From Synechococcus sp. (GTDB lineage Bacteria; Cyanobacteriota; Cyanobacteriia; PCC-6307; Cyanobiaceae), in NCBI GenBank assembly GCA_047285305.1, contig JBJBDL010000003.1:608001-672000 (forward strand): a stretch of 64,000 nt of DNA, written 5' to 3'. The position numbers and the translations under genes are program-made. Each line of letters opens with the position of its first letter. Within the stretch, counting starts at the first letter, position 1. The notes beneath the pieces were generated by a model, which worked only from the letters and a program-made list of their open reading frames with translations, was not told where the DNA came from and searched no databases. Shown piece after piece: positions 1 to 13,712 of this stretch.

Positions 1-1
1 G

Positions 2-1495
2 CTGCTGTCTCTGGGCTGCGCCTTCATCAAACTGGGGCAACTGCTCTCCGCCCGCCCAGATATCCTCCCCGCGGGCTGGGTGGCCGAACTGGCAGCGCTG
101 CAGGACAGCGTTCCGGCCTTCAGTTTTGATCAGGTGCAGACCGTGCTCGAGCGAGAGCTGGGGCCGCGCTGTGCCGAGGTGATCGACTTGGATCCCGAGC
201 CCCTTGGTGCAGCCTCGCTGGCCCAGGTGCATCGCGCCAGCCTGCGCAGTGGCCGGCAGGTTGTGCTCAAGGTGCAGCGCCCTGGGCTCGATCGCCTGTT
301 TCGCCTTGATCTGGAGGTGATGCAGCAGGTGGCAGCTGTGCTGCAACGCAATCCCAGTTGGGGGCGTGGTCGTGATTGGCCAGCCATGGCACGGGAATGT
401 CGACGTGTGCTGCTACGTGAGCTCGATTTCCGCGTTGAGGCGCAGTACGCCGCTCGTTTTCGTCAGCAATTTCTGGATGACGAACGCATCAGGATCCCTG
501 GTGTGATCTGGGAGTTGAGCACGCGCCGTGTGCTGTGCCTCGACTACCTGCCCGGCATCAAGGTGAACGACCGTGAGGCGTTGATCGAAGCCGGTATTGA
601 TCCGGCCGCGGTCGCTGAGGTTGGTGCAGCCAGCTATCTCAAGCAGTTGGTGCGGTTTGGTTTCTTCCATGCCGACCCCCATCCCGGCAACCTCGCCGTG
701 GCGAGTGATGGAGCGCTCATCTACTACGACTTCGGGATGATGGGGTTGTTGTCGGACGGCTTGCGTCGACGTCTGGGGGCCATGGTTCGCGCTGCTGCTG
801 CTAGGAATTCAGCGGCATTGGTGGATGAGATGCAGGCGGCTGGGGTGATCTCCGGTGGCATTGATGTTGGTCCAGTGCGCCGCCTCGTGCGGCTGATGCT
901 GCAGGAGGCCCTCACCCCACCCTTCACGGCCAACGTGATCGACAAACTCTCTGGCGATCTCTACGACCTGGTCTATGGCCAGCCCTTTCGGCTGCCGGTT
1001 GAGCTGATCTTCGTGATGCGGGCTTTGTCCACCTTCGAGGGTGTTGGCCGCAGCCTTGATCCCGCTTTTAGCTTGGTGGCGATCGCCAAGCCTTATCTCC
1101 TTCCACTCATGACCTCCAGCGGCTCCGGCAGCAACGATCTATTCAACGAACTCGGCCGTCAGGTCGGGGCCCTCAGCAGCCGCGCTGCGGCCTTCCCGCG
1201 GCGTTTGGATGAAAGTCTGGAACGCCTGGAGCAAGGGGATCTTCAACTCCAGGTGCGTCTCGGTGAATCGGATCGTCAGTTCCGCCGGATGGCCCTGGCC
1301 CAGCAATCGATCGGCCAATCGGTGTTGCTCGGATGCCTGGCTTTGGCTACCGCTATTGTGGGGGCCAGTGCCCGCCCGCTCTGGTCACTTCTTCCAGCTG
1401 CTGCTGCATTGCCGGTGGGCTTGGGCTGGTTCCGAATGCAGGTCAAGATTCGTCGTGATCAACGGTTGGAGCAGTTGCCCGGATCCAACCGTTGA
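2..1495 (+). CDS. ABC1/AarF/UbiB-family atypical protein kinase, 5' truncated by the window edge
   Basis: Frame is open from base 2 (LLSLGCAFIKLGQLLSARPD). Motifs ASLAQVH, VLKVQRP, FFHADPHPGN and YDFGM; hydrophobic C-terminus. Confidence 0.92.
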   Translation: MLSLGCAFIKLGQLLSARPDILPAGWVAELAALQDSVPAFSFDQVQTVLERELGPRCAEVIDLDPEPLGAASLAQVHRASLRSGRQVVLKVQRPGLDRLFRLDLEVMQQVAAVLQRNPSWGRGRDWPAMARECRRVLLRELDFRVEAQYAARFRQQFLDDERIRIPGVIWELSTRRVLCLDYLPGIKVNDREALIEAGIDPAAVAEVGAASYLKQLVRFGFFHADPHPGNLAVASDGALIYYDFGMMGLLSDGLRRRLGAMVRAAAARNSAALVDEMQAAGVISGGIDVGPVRRLVRLMLQEALTPPFTANVIDKLSGDLYDLVYGQPFRLPVELIFVMRALSTFEGVGRSLDPAFSLVAIAKPYLLPLMTSSGSGSNDLFNELGRQVGALSSRAAAFPRRLDESLERLEQGDLQLQVRLGESDRQFRRMALAQQSIGQSVLLGCLALATAIVGASARPLWSLLPAAAALPVGLGWFRMQVKIRRDQRLEQLPGSNR

Positions 1496-1516
1496 ACGTT
1501 CGTCGGGGGCCTGCGA

Positions 1517-2872
<1,356 letters not shown>

Positions 2873-2921
2873 TCATACCTGGCCAGAATGACGGCAGGTT
2901 CACGCTGCACGACGCCCTCCC

Positions 2922-3320
2922 ATGCGGATGCTTCACACTATGCTCCGGGTCGCTGATCTGGAGCGGTCTCTGGGCTTCTACACAGAGGTCCTGGGCATGC
3001 AGCTTCTGCGTCGAAAGGATTACCCCATCGGCCGCTTCACCTTGGCGTTTGTTGGCTATGGGTCGGAGAGCGACCACACGGTCCTCGAACTCACCCACAA
3101 CTGGGACACCGACAGCTACACCCTGGGTGATGGCTACGGCCATATCGCGCTGGGGGTGGAGGATATCCACAGCACCTGCGCCGGCATTGCCAACAAGGGT
3201 GGTCGTGTGGTGCGGGAACCTGGTCCGATGAAGCACGGCACCACCGTCATCGCCTTCGTTGAGGATCCGGATGGCTACAAGGTGGAATTGATCGAGATGT
3301 CCTCCAAAGCCCACGCCTGA
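2922..3320 (+). CDS. gloA: Lactoylglutathione lyase (glyoxalase I)
   Basis: Motifs [37 protein letters not shown]. Confidence 0.97.
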   Translation: MRMLHTMLRVADLERSLGFYTEVLGMQLLRRKDYPIGRFTLAFVGYGSESDHTVLELTHNWDTDSYTLGDGYGHIALGVEDIHSTCAGIANKGGRVVREPGPMKHGTTVIAFVEDPDGYKVELIEMSSKAHA

Positions 3321-3328
3321 AGAACCGG

Positions 3329-6103
<2,775 letters not shown>

Positions 6104-6173
6104 GGGCATCCGGTAAGGTGTTTGTTTGGCGAAGTGCCTACCGGCACCGTTGTCAACTTCCGGTCCCATCCCC

Positions 6174-6416
6174 GTGACCAGCCCCATCTCTGAGGACACC
6201 ACCACTTCCGACGGCACAAAAGCCGCTGCCGATTCCACCAAATCCGGTGGTTTTCTGGCGGACACGGTTGATGAGCTGAAACTCGTGGTCTGGCCCAGCC
6301 GCCAGCAACTGTTCAGCGAATCCATCGCTGTGATCCTGATGGTCAGCCTTTCGGCCGCCACCATCGCGGCTGTCAGTCGCTTCTTTGGGTGGGCTTCGTT
6401 CCAGGTGTTCCGCTGA
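6174..6416 (+). CDS. secE: Preprotein translocase subunit SecE (GTG start at 6174 chosen; start uncertain)
   Basis: ELKLVVWPSR motif followed by one transmembrane helix; lies directly upstream of nusG. Confidence 0.93.
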   Translation: MTSPISEDTTTSDGTKAAADSTKSGGFLADTVDELKLVVWPSRQQLFSESIAVILMVSLSAATIAAVSRFFGWASFQVFR

Positions 6417-6437
6417 CTCGATATCACCTTTCTCGCC

Positions 6438-7106
6438 GTGCCCGACGACCTGACCACACCGGACGCCCCTGAGGTGCTTGATCTGCCGGCCCCGAATGAG
6501 GGGGAAGACGGCACCATGCCTGCGGCGGCTGTCGCCAACACGGCCATCGCCCGTTGGTACGCCGTTCAGGTGGCTTCCAGCTGCGAGAAGAAGGTCAAGG
6601 CCACTCTGGAGCAGCGGGCCGTCACCCTCGGGGTGAGCAACCGGATTCTTGAAATCGAGATTCCACAGACCCCTGCCGTCAAGCTAAAGAAGGACGGCAC
6701 CCGTCAGTCCACCGAGGAGAAGGTGTTCCCCGGTTATGTGCTTGTCCGGATGGTGCTGGATGAGGACACGATGATGGCGGTGCGGAGCACCCCGAACGTG
6801 ATTAATTTCGTCGGTGCTGAAGATCGGCGCGCCACCGGTAAGGCCCGTGGTCACATCAAGCCTCGTCCCCTTAGCCGCTCTGAGGTGGATCGAATCTTCA
6901 AGCGCGCTGCCGAGAAGAAGACAGTCGTCAAGGTGGATCTCACCGAAGGCGATCAGATCCTGGTGACTGCTGGTCCGTTCAAGGACTTCCAGGGCGAGGT
7001 GATCGAGGTTTCCGGCGAGCGCAACAAGCTCAAGGCTTTGCTCTCCATCTTTGGTCGCGAGACCCCGGTGGAACTGGAGTTCTCTCAGATCAGCAAACAG
7101 AACTGA
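6438..7106 (+). CDS. nusG: Transcription termination/antitermination factor NusG
   Basis: Motifs WYAVQV, KVFPGYVLV, KOW domain GPFKDFQG, SIFGRETPVEL. Confidence 0.99.
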   Translation: MPDDLTTPDAPEVLDLPAPNEGEDGTMPAAAVANTAIARWYAVQVASSCEKKVKATLEQRAVTLGVSNRILEIEIPQTPAVKLKKDGTRQSTEEKVFPGYVLVRMVLDEDTMMAVRSTPNVINFVGAEDRRATGKARGHIKPRPLSRSEVDRIFKRAAEKKTVVKVDLTEGDQILVTAGPFKDFQGEVIEVSGERNKLKALLSIFGRETPVELEFSQISKQN

Positions 7107-7215
7107 CCTGGCGGCGGCCGTCTCCCTGCGGAGGGCGGCCTTGGGAGTGGGCAACCATTCCGCCGCACCCGACCCGAGGGTCTGGTGATCCGCAGCTGTC
7201 CAAACCCCCCAGCCG

Positions 7216-7641
7216 ATGGCCAAGAAAGTCGTAGCTGTGATCAAGCTGGCCCTAGATGCCGGCAAAGCCAACCCCGCGCCGCCGGTGGGCCCTGCCCTCG
7301 GTCAGCACGGTGTGAACATCATGATGTTCTGCAAGGAGTACAACGCTCGGACGCAGGACAAAGCCGGTTATGTGATTCCGGTGGAGATCTCGGTCTTCGA
7401 AGACCGCAGCTTCACCTTCATCACCAAGACGCCTCCGGCGTCGGTGCTGATCACCAAGGCCGCAAAGATCCAAAAGGGATCCGGTGAGTCCGCCAAGGGC
7501 AGTGTTGGATCGATCAGTCGGGCTCAGCTCGAGGAGATCGCCAAGACCAAGCTCCCCGACCTCAACTGCACCAGCGTTGAGTCCGCCATGCGGATCATCG
7601 AAGGCACCGCCCGCAACATGGGCGTTTCCATCAGCGACTGA
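7216..7641 (+). CDS. rplK: 50S ribosomal protein L11
   Basis: Motif [26 protein letters not shown]. Confidence 0.99.
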   Translation: MAKKVVAVIKLALDAGKANPAPPVGPALGQHGVNIMMFCKEYNARTQDKAGYVIPVEISVFEDRSFTFITKTPPASVLITKAAKIQKGSGESAKGSVGSISRAQLEEIAKTKLPDLNCTSVESAMRIIEGTARNMGVSISD

Positions 7642-7670
7642 CGTCGCTGCATCGCTTCTCCAACCCATAC

Positions 7671-7702
7671 GGGGGAGGCATCCCTGATGTCGTCTGAACC
7701 CC
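7671..7702 (+). promoter_or_regulatory. Putative L1-binding autoregulatory RNA element upstream of rplA
   Basis: GGGGGAGG-CATC-CCT-GATG-TCGTCTGA-ACCCC forms a stem with an asymmetric internal loop, 10 nt before the rplA ATG. Resembles recalled L1 operator sites. Confidence 0.55.
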
Positions 7703-7712
7703 AACTCTGAAC

Positions 7713-8420
7713 ATGCCCAAAATCTCCAAGCGCCTGGCCAGCCTGGCCGGCAAGATCGAGGACCGTGCCTACGCACCCCTTGAGGCGATTGCCCTGGTCA
7801 AGGACAACGCCAATGCGAAATTCGACGAGACGATGGAGGCCCATGTGCGCCTCGGCATCGATCCGAAGTACACCGATCAGCAGCTGCGCACCACCGTGGC
7901 TTTGCCCAACGGCACCGGTCAGACCGTGCGTATCGCCGTGGTGACCCGCGGTGAGAAGGTGGCTGAAGCCAAAGCCGCCGGTGCCGAACTCGCCGGTGAA
8001 GAAGACCTGGTGGAAAGCATCAGCAAGGGCGAAATGGATTTCGACCTGTTGATCGCCACCCCCGACATGATGCCCAAGGTCGCCAAGTTGGGTCGGGTTC
8101 TCGGCCCCCGTGGCTTGATGCCCAACCCCAAGGCAGGCACCGTCACCACGGACCTCGAGGCCGCGATCAATGAATTCAAGGCCGGCAAACTGGAATTCCG
8201 TGCTGACCGCACCGGCATCGTCCACGTTCGCTTCGGCAAGGCCAGCTTCAGTGCCGATGCCCTGCTGCAGAACCTCAAGACCCTGCAGGAAACCATCGAC
8301 CGCAACAAGCCCAGCGGTGCCAAAGGCCGCTATTGGAAGTCTCTGTATGTGACTTCCACCATGGGTCCTTCCGTTGAAGTCGATTTCTCTGCTCTGCAGG
8401 ACATCGAGCAGGGGACCTGA
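7713..8420 (+). CDS. rplA: 50S ribosomal protein L1
   Basis: Motifs [29 protein letters not shown]. Confidence 0.99.
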   Translation: MPKISKRLASLAGKIEDRAYAPLEAIALVKDNANAKFDETMEAHVRLGIDPKYTDQQLRTTVALPNGTGQTVRIAVVTRGEKVAEAKAAGAELAGEEDLVESISKGEMDFDLLIATPDMMPKVAKLGRVLGPRGLMPNPKAGTVTTDLEAAINEFKAGKLEFRADRTGIVHVRFGKASFSADALLQNLKTLQETIDRNKPSGAKGRYWKSLYVTSTMGPSVEVDFSALQDIEQGT

Positions 8421-8476
8421 TCAGGCTCTCCTCTACAATCAACGATTGGCGAAAGCCAAATCGGGCGCGCGCCCGG

Positions 8477-8627
8477 CCAGAGACAGCAGGATGTCCCTGG
8501 GCATGACGTTAGTCATTCCCTTTGATGTAATCCCTGCCGAGGCAGACGCGAGACGGTTTTGTCCCATTCGGGATTGGATCGGCACGCGGCCTCGTCTTCC
8601 TTTCGAAGACTCGATCGGCCGTGTGCC
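8477..8627 (+). promoter_or_regulatory. L10 leader (rplJ-rplL autoregulatory RNA)
   Basis: CCAGAGACAGCAGG (8477-8490) and TAATCCCTGCCGAGG (8528-8542) match the L10-leader core. A long hairpin GGCACGCGGCC...GGCCGTGTGCC (8581-8627) follows before rplJ. Confidence 0.8.
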
Positions 8628-8658
8628 CAGCTTGTTCCTTTGATCCGATCCAATCCCT

Positions 8659-9186
8659 ATGGGCCGCACGCTGGAGAACAAGCAGCAGATCGTCGGAGAG
8701 CTCAAAGAGCTCCTCGCCGACGCCGAACTGGCACTTGTCCTTGATTTCAAGGGCCTGTCCATCAAGGAAATGTCTGACCTGCGGGATCGTCTGCGGGCCA
8801 GCGACAGCGTTTGCAAGGTGACCAAAAACACCTTGATGCGCCGTGCCATTGATGGTGACAGCAACTGGGCCAGCCTCGATTCCCTGCTGACCGGAACCAA
8901 CGCCTTCGTCCTGGTGAAGGGCGATGTTGGTGCCGGTGTGAAGGCCGTTCAGACCTTCCAGAAGGAACTCAAGAAGTCCGAGACCAAGGGCGGCCTTTTC
9001 GAAGGCAAGCTCCTGTCTCAGGACGAGATCAAAGCCATTGCAGATCTCCCCTCCAAGGAGCAGCTCATGGCTCAGATCGCCGGTGCCATCAACGCCGTGG
9101 CCACGAAGGTCGCTGTGGGCATCAACGAGGTTCCCTCTGGTATGGCCAGGGCACTCAAGCAGCACGCCGAAGGCGGCGAAGGCTGA
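8659..9186 (+). CDS. rplJ: 50S ribosomal protein L10
   Basis: Motifs [37 protein letters not shown]. Confidence 0.99.
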   Translation: MGRTLENKQQIVGELKELLADAELALVLDFKGLSIKEMSDLRDRLRASDSVCKVTKNTLMRRAIDGDSNWASLDSLLTGTNAFVLVKGDVGAGVKAVQTFQKELKKSETKGGLFEGKLLSQDEIKAIADLPSKEQLMAQIAGAINAVATKVAVGINEVPSGMARALKQHAEGGEG

Positions 9187-9240
9187 TTCGGCCCTGCCGA
9201 GACCACTGTTCATTGATCTGTTGCTTCCCCTTTCAAAACC

Positions 9241-9630
9241 ATGTCTGCAAAAACCGACGAAATTCTCGAATCGCTGAAATCCCTCTCCCTGCTTGAAGCT
9301 TCCGAGCTGGTCAAGCAGATCGAAGAGGCCTTCGGTGTGTCCGCCGCAGCATCTGCTGGTGTTGTGATGGCTGCCCCTGGCGCTGCTGGTGGCGGTGGCG
9401 ATGCCGCTGAAGAGAAGACCGAATTCGACGTTATCCTCGAAGGCTTCGATGCCTCCGCCAAGATCAAGGTCCTCAAGGCCGTCCGTGAGGCCACCGGTCT
9501 GGGTCTGGGGGACGCCAAGGCGCTGGTCGAGGCTGCTCCCAAGGCCGTCAAGGAAGGTGTTTCCAAGGAAGACGCCGAGGCTGCCAAAAAGGCCATCGAA
9601 GAAGCAGGCGGCAAAGTCACCCTCAAGTGA
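9241..9630 (+). CDS. rplL: 50S ribosomal protein L7/L12
   Basis: Motifs [38 protein letters not shown]. Confidence 0.99.
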   Translation: MSAKTDEILESLKSLSLLEASELVKQIEEAFGVSAAASAGVVMAAPGAAGGGGDAAEEKTEFDVILEGFDASAKIKVLKAVREATGLGLGDAKALVEAAPKAVKEGVSKEDAEAAKKAIEEAGGKVTLK

Positions 9631-9677
9631 TCGCCTTGGGAGAGGGCTTGCCTCTCTCCCCCTGTTGTCATTTAGTC

Positions 9678-9704
9678 ACCGGTCCTTTCGAGGACCGGTT
9701 TTTT
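9678..9704 (+). terminator. Intrinsic terminator of the rplJL operon
   Basis: Perfect 9-bp stem ACCGGTCCT-TTCG-AGGACCGGT followed by a T-run. Confidence 0.88.
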
Positions 9705-9723
9705 CATGGTTTTTGGGGCCAAC

Positions 9724-9753
9724 AAAAAAGCTCCGCCGAAGGCGGAGCTTTTT
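9724..9753. terminator. Bidirectional intrinsic terminator; ends the minus-strand sRNA
   Basis: AAAAAA-GCTCCGCC-GAA-GGCGGAGC-TTTTT: 8-bp GC stem with a U-tract on both strands. Confidence 0.88.
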
Positions 9754-9821
9754 ATGAGAAGAACACGTTCAGGAGTCTGTCCTTGTTTCGACCCTGAAGA
9801 GGCGTTCAGCACTCCTCACAC
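9724..9821 (-). ncRNA. yfr2: Yfr2-family (Cyano-1 motif)-like small RNA, about 98 nt
   Basis: Minus strand starts GTGTGAGGAGT. Central hairpin TTCAGG-GTC-[GAAACAAGGACA]-GAC-T-CCTGAA. Ends in a terminator; TAGTGT -10 box lies 6 nt upstream. Confidence 0.75.
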
Positions 9822-9827
9822 GAATTC

Positions 9828-9833
9828 ACACTA
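9828..9833 (-). promoter_or_regulatory. -10 element of the Yfr2-like sRNA
   Basis: TAGTGT (TAnnnT pattern) followed by a 6-nt spacer and then the G at 9821. Confidence 0.6.
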
Positions 9834-9874
9834 AGGGTGGGGAATCTATTCTGGGCCCCTGTCTGGTCGCCCTC

Positions 9875-10416
9875 TCAACTGGCACTGTGACGGTTGGTCC
9901 TAAGCAGCGGCAGGGCATTCCCAACCGCTGAAAGCCTGAACGTTGGCTCCAGCTGCGGAGCCACAAACCCGTTGGGATAGCGGCGAGCTGGTATCGCGGC
10001 CTGACCCACCAGAAGTGGTGCCCGTTGCTGGGGGTCGAGGGCTTCGATCCTCAGCGATGTACCGGATGGCTTGAGGCGGAAGGGAAAGCGCGTTCCAAGG
10101 TCTTGGCCACCGCTACGCAGCGAGTAGCTATTGCTGTCTATGTAGCGCTTGTAGATGACGCTGAGGTTGAATCGATTCAGGCTGTGCTCCACCACCCGTC
10201 CTTGTGTGCCCTCCAGCAGGGCGGTTGGGCTTTGATCTGTTCCTGCACCAAAAGTTTCTACTGAGCCCTGCCAATTGGTTGTGCCAGCACAGCAAAGTGC
10301 TTCTCCGGCACAGCAGCGCTGTCAAACAAGGTCCGTGCTTTGCTCTCCTGCGACAGACCGGCAGCCAGGAGCCCCACGGCAGTCAGACCGGCAGCCCGCA
10401 GGTAGGTTCGGCTCAT
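9875..10416 (-). pseudogene. Disrupted DUF3747-like secreted protein gene
   Basis: ATG at 10416 gives a signal-peptide-like N-terminus, then [12 protein letters not shown] and an in-frame TAG at 10260-10258. KLLVQEQIK follows, then a frameshift at about 10197-10195 into VEHSLNRFN...YIDSNSYSLRSGGQDLG. Family name is from recalled motifs. Confidence 0.8.
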
Positions 10417-10466
10417 CCACGGTGATGCCAGAAACCGTGTTTACCGAACAGTGTTGGGACCGATCA

Positions 10467-11225
10467 ATGGCGGAAGGACGGGGACGGGTCGTGGCTGCAG
10501 CGACGGATGGTGCCTGCAGCGGTAATCCAGGTCCGGGAGGTTGGGGCGCGTTGTTGCGCTTCGAAGACGGCAGTGTTGAGGAATTCGGCGGCCATGCGCC
10601 TGATACCACCAACAACCGCATGGAACTGCAGGCGGCGTTGGAGGTGTTGCAACGGCTTGAGCAGTTGCCCCGTCATCCGGATCTCACCCTGCGCACCGAC
10701 AGCAAATATCTGATTGATGGCCTGGGCTCCTGGATCAAAGGCTGGAAGCGCAAAGGCTGGAAAACGGCTGCCGGTAAACCCGTGCTCAACCAAGACCTCT
10801 GGAAGGCCCTAGATGCCGCTCGTTTGGACGATGTCCCCCTGCGCTACGTCAAGGGCCACAGCGGTGATCCAGATAACGAACGGGTGGATCGCATCGCCGT
10901 GGCGTTCTCCCATAACGCCCAGCCCAACTTGGCTCTGAAGCAGGGATCGTCGGAGCTGTCTTCCGCTGAGGCCGAACCAGAAGCTCCATCCAAGGTTGCC
11001 CCCAAGCCTCTGCTGCAGCTGTTGTCCCGGTTGGAGCTGGCGGACCGTCTGGCGCAGGGTGGCTACAGCCTCTCGTTGCTGGAGCTGGCGCAGTTGGTGG
11101 AAAAGCCGCTCAAACAGCTGGAAACGAAGCGGGAGAGCTGGATCTGGAGGGATTGGATTGTTGAGCCTCAGGCGAAAGGTCGTTGGACCCTGCAACGTCG
11201 CGAGGCAGGATCAGAACAGTCCTGA
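10467..11225 (+). CDS. rnhA: Ribonuclease HI with C-terminal extension
   Basis: Motifs [46 protein letters not shown] at 10467 preferred over the ORF-track start. Confidence 0.96.
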   Translation: MAEGRGRVVAAATDGACSGNPGPGGWGALLRFEDGSVEEFGGHAPDTTNNRMELQAALEVLQRLEQLPRHPDLTLRTDSKYLIDGLGSWIKGWKRKGWKTAAGKPVLNQDLWKALDAARLDDVPLRYVKGHSGDPDNERVDRIAVAFSHNAQPNLALKQGSSELSSAEAEPEAPSKVAPKPLLQLLSRLELADRLAQGGYSLSLLELAQLVEKPLKQLETKRESWIWRDWIVEPQAKGRWTLQRREAGSEQS

Positions 11226-11233
11226 GCCAGAGC

Positions 11234-12415
11234 ATGTCGCCGTCCTCTTCGGCTGGACCGCTCAGCAGCGGTGCCTTCTATCAGCGTTGGCTTGGCCCTG
11301 TGTTGGCGCGGGACGACGGCCTCGATGCTGAACAGCTGTCGCGCACTGCCCTCACGGCTCTTGGTCAGGCAAGCCTGCGGCGCCGCTGGCCAGGGGTGTC
11401 CACGGTGCTGGATGGCGTTGCGGCGGATCTGCAACGGCGTGATCTGCGCCTGGAACAGGTGTTGTTTGGCTGTCGCTTCCCCAACCCGGTGGGTTTGGCT
11501 GCGGGGTTCGACAAGAACGGTGTGGCGGCTGGCATCTGGGATCGCTTCGGCTTTGGCTTCGCCGAAGTGGGCACGGTCACCTGGCATGGTCAGCCAGGCA
11601 ACCCCAAGCCACGCCTGTTCCGTTTGGCGGAGGAGCAGGCTGCGTTGAACCGGATGGGATTCAACAACGATGGCGCCAAGGCACTGTTGAAAACGCTGGA
11701 GCGTCAACGCTTGGATCCGCCCGGTCGGCGGCCAGTGGTGCTCGGCATCAACGTGGGTAAATCCAAGATCACGGCCCTGGAGCAGGCTCCGGACGATTAC
11801 GCGGCCTCCCTGGAGTTGTTGTCCCCCTTGGCGGACTACGCGGTAATCAACGTCAGCTCCCCCAACACCCCTGGTTTACGGGATCTGCAGGACACAGCCC
11901 AGTTGCGGCGTCTGGTGGAGCGGCTGCGCCGGCTGCCGGCCTGCCCACCTCTGTTGGTGAAAATTGCCCCGGATCTGGACGATGAATCGATTGATGCGGT
12001 GGCCCGTTTGGCCTTTGAGGAGGGTCTGGCCGGGGTGCTCGCCGTCAACACCAGTCTCAATCGACTGGGCCTGGAGCAACGGCGGTTGCCGCAGACCGGG
12101 CGGACTCTGGCGGAGGAGGCCGGTGGTCTCAGCGGCGCCCCCCTGCGTCAGCGGGCCCAGGAGGTGATCCGTCGCCTGCGGGCCAGTGCTGGCCCGGCGC
12201 TGCCGTTGATCGGTGTGGGTGGGATTGATTCGGCCCAAGTGGCTTGGGAGCGCATCACCGCAGGGGCTTCTTTGGTGCAGCTCTACACCGGCTGGATTTT
12301 TCAGGGGCCGGATCTGGTTCCAAGGATTCTGGAGGGCTTGCTGCTGCAGTTGGACCGCCACGGTCTGCGCACCATTGCAGAGGCATCCGGCAGCGGTTTG
12401 CCCTGGCAAGACTGA
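11234..12415 (+). CDS. pyrD: Quinone-dependent dihydroorotate dehydrogenase
   Basis: Motifs [47 protein letters not shown]. Confidence 0.97.
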   Translation: MSPSSSAGPLSSGAFYQRWLGPVLARDDGLDAEQLSRTALTALGQASLRRRWPGVSTVLDGVAADLQRRDLRLEQVLFGCRFPNPVGLAAGFDKNGVAAGIWDRFGFGFAEVGTVTWHGQPGNPKPRLFRLAEEQAALNRMGFNNDGAKALLKTLERQRLDPPGRRPVVLGINVGKSKITALEQAPDDYAASLELLSPLADYAVINVSSPNTPGLRDLQDTAQLRRLVERLRRLPACPPLLVKIAPDLDDESIDAVARLAFEEGLAGVLAVNTSLNRLGLEQRRLPQTGRTLAEEAGGLSGAPLRQRAQEVIRRLRASAGPALPLIGVGGIDSAQVAWERITAGASLVQLYTGWIFQGPDLVPRILEGLLLQLDRHGLRTIAEASGSGLPWQD

Positions 12416-12637
12416 ACGTGTTGCTCTAGAGGCACTTCATTTCTTTGATATTTCGCTATTGGATGGCTCTTCTGCGGAGTGATTCAAGGGGTGATCGTCG
12501 ACAGTGTTGGCTCAGTGGACAAAGCCGCTTGCCACTGCTCGCTTTTGGTGAGCTGCCTCAACTCGTAGCGGTCAGCTTGGCTTGAACTCGGCTGTGAGCC
12601 ACGCTGGTGATGTCTATGCGTTTTGTCGGGAGTCGGG

Positions 12638-13711
12638 ATGGGCGTCGACATGCGCCATGGCGGCAATCGCGAAGCTGCCGCTGCAAGATTGAATTGCCGG
12701 CCTTCGCAGCTGCTGGACGCCAGTGCCTCTTTAGCCCCCTGGAGCCTGCGTTCCGTCCGTATCCCACGGGACGCTATCCGCGACTATCCAGATAGGGGTC
12801 AGACGACCTTGCGCCAGGCGATTGCACGCCTGCATGGGCTCGATCCTGACGCTTTGCTCCCCGGAAACGGGGCGGCAGAGTTGTTCACTTGGGCGGCCCG
12901 AGATGCGGCGGCGGCGGGGGGCACTGCTTTGCTGGCGCCTGGGTTCTCCGACTATCGGCGGGCTTTGCAGTGCTGGGGTGCCTCCTGGATTGATACCCAC
13001 TCTCTTTTGAGTTGGAGCCACGCCGGCCCTATGGCGCATCCGCGGTTGGAGGCGCCAGTGGCCTGGATCTGCAACCCTCACAACCCCACAGGACAGCTTT
13101 GGAGCCGTGCGGCATTGGAGCCGCTGGTGGCAACCCATGCGCTGGTGATTTGCGATGAGGCTTTTCTGCCGTTAGTGCCCAACGGCGAGCAGCAGTCTTT
13201 GATTCCCTTGGTGGCTGATCATTCGAACCTGGTGGTGATTCGCAGCCTCACCAAGCTCTATGGCATTGCTGGCTTACGTTTGGGCTACGCCATTGCGCAG
13301 CCCCAGCGATTGCAGCGTTGGGCCGAGTGGCGGGATCCCTGGCCCGTGAATGGCATTGCCTTGGCTGTTTGCGAACGGTTGTTGTCATCGCCGCGGCGTT
13401 ACCGCTCTTGGTGCGCTCGCGTGCAGCGTTGGACGGCAACGGAGGGGGCGTGGATGCAGCGGCAATTGGCTGCGTTGCCGGGCATTACCCCGATGCCGTC
13501 GGCGGTTAACTACCTGCTGATTCGGGCGAACCGATCCCTCGTGCCATTGCGGGAGGCATTGGAGCAACGGCATCGCATTCTTTTGCGTGATTGCCGTTCC
13601 TTTGAGGGTTTGGGAGAGACCTGGCTGCGGATCGGATTGCAATCGCGGCGCAACAACCGCCGCATTGTGTGGGCGATGCGTGAGGAGTTGAAGCGGAGCC
13701 CTCTGGCTTGA
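12638..13711 (+). CDS. Class I/II PLP enzyme, threonine-phosphate decarboxylase (CobD/CobC-like, cobalamin synthesis)
   Basis: N-terminal HGGN, LDASAS, GNGAAEL, CNPHNPTG, DEAF, RSLTKLYGIAGLRLGY, RDCRSF. Confidence 0.85.
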   Translation: MGVDMRHGGNREAAAARLNCRPSQLLDASASLAPWSLRSVRIPRDAIRDYPDRGQTTLRQAIARLHGLDPDALLPGNGAAELFTWAARDAAAAGGTALLAPGFSDYRRALQCWGASWIDTHSLLSWSHAGPMAHPRLEAPVAWICNPHNPTGQLWSRAALEPLVATHALVICDEAFLPLVPNGEQQSLIPLVADHSNLVVIRSLTKLYGIAGLRLGYAIAQPQRLQRWAEWRDPWPVNGIALAVCERLLSSPRRYRSWCARVQRWTATEGAWMQRQLAALPGITPMPSAVNYLLIRANRSLVPLREALEQRHRILLRDCRSFEGLGETWLRIGLQSRRNNRRIVWAMREELKRSPLA

Positions 13712-13712
13712 C

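Noticed and set aside
1078..1087. Scattered GCGATCGC octamers (HIP1)
   Set aside because: Only occasional copies inside coding sequence, with no obvious enrichment for this GC content; not formally counted.
9811..9821. ACTCCTCACAC on the plus strand read as a Yfr1 gene
   Set aside because: No flanking hairpins or terminator downstream on the plus strand. The promoter, hairpin and terminator all fit a minus-strand RNA instead.
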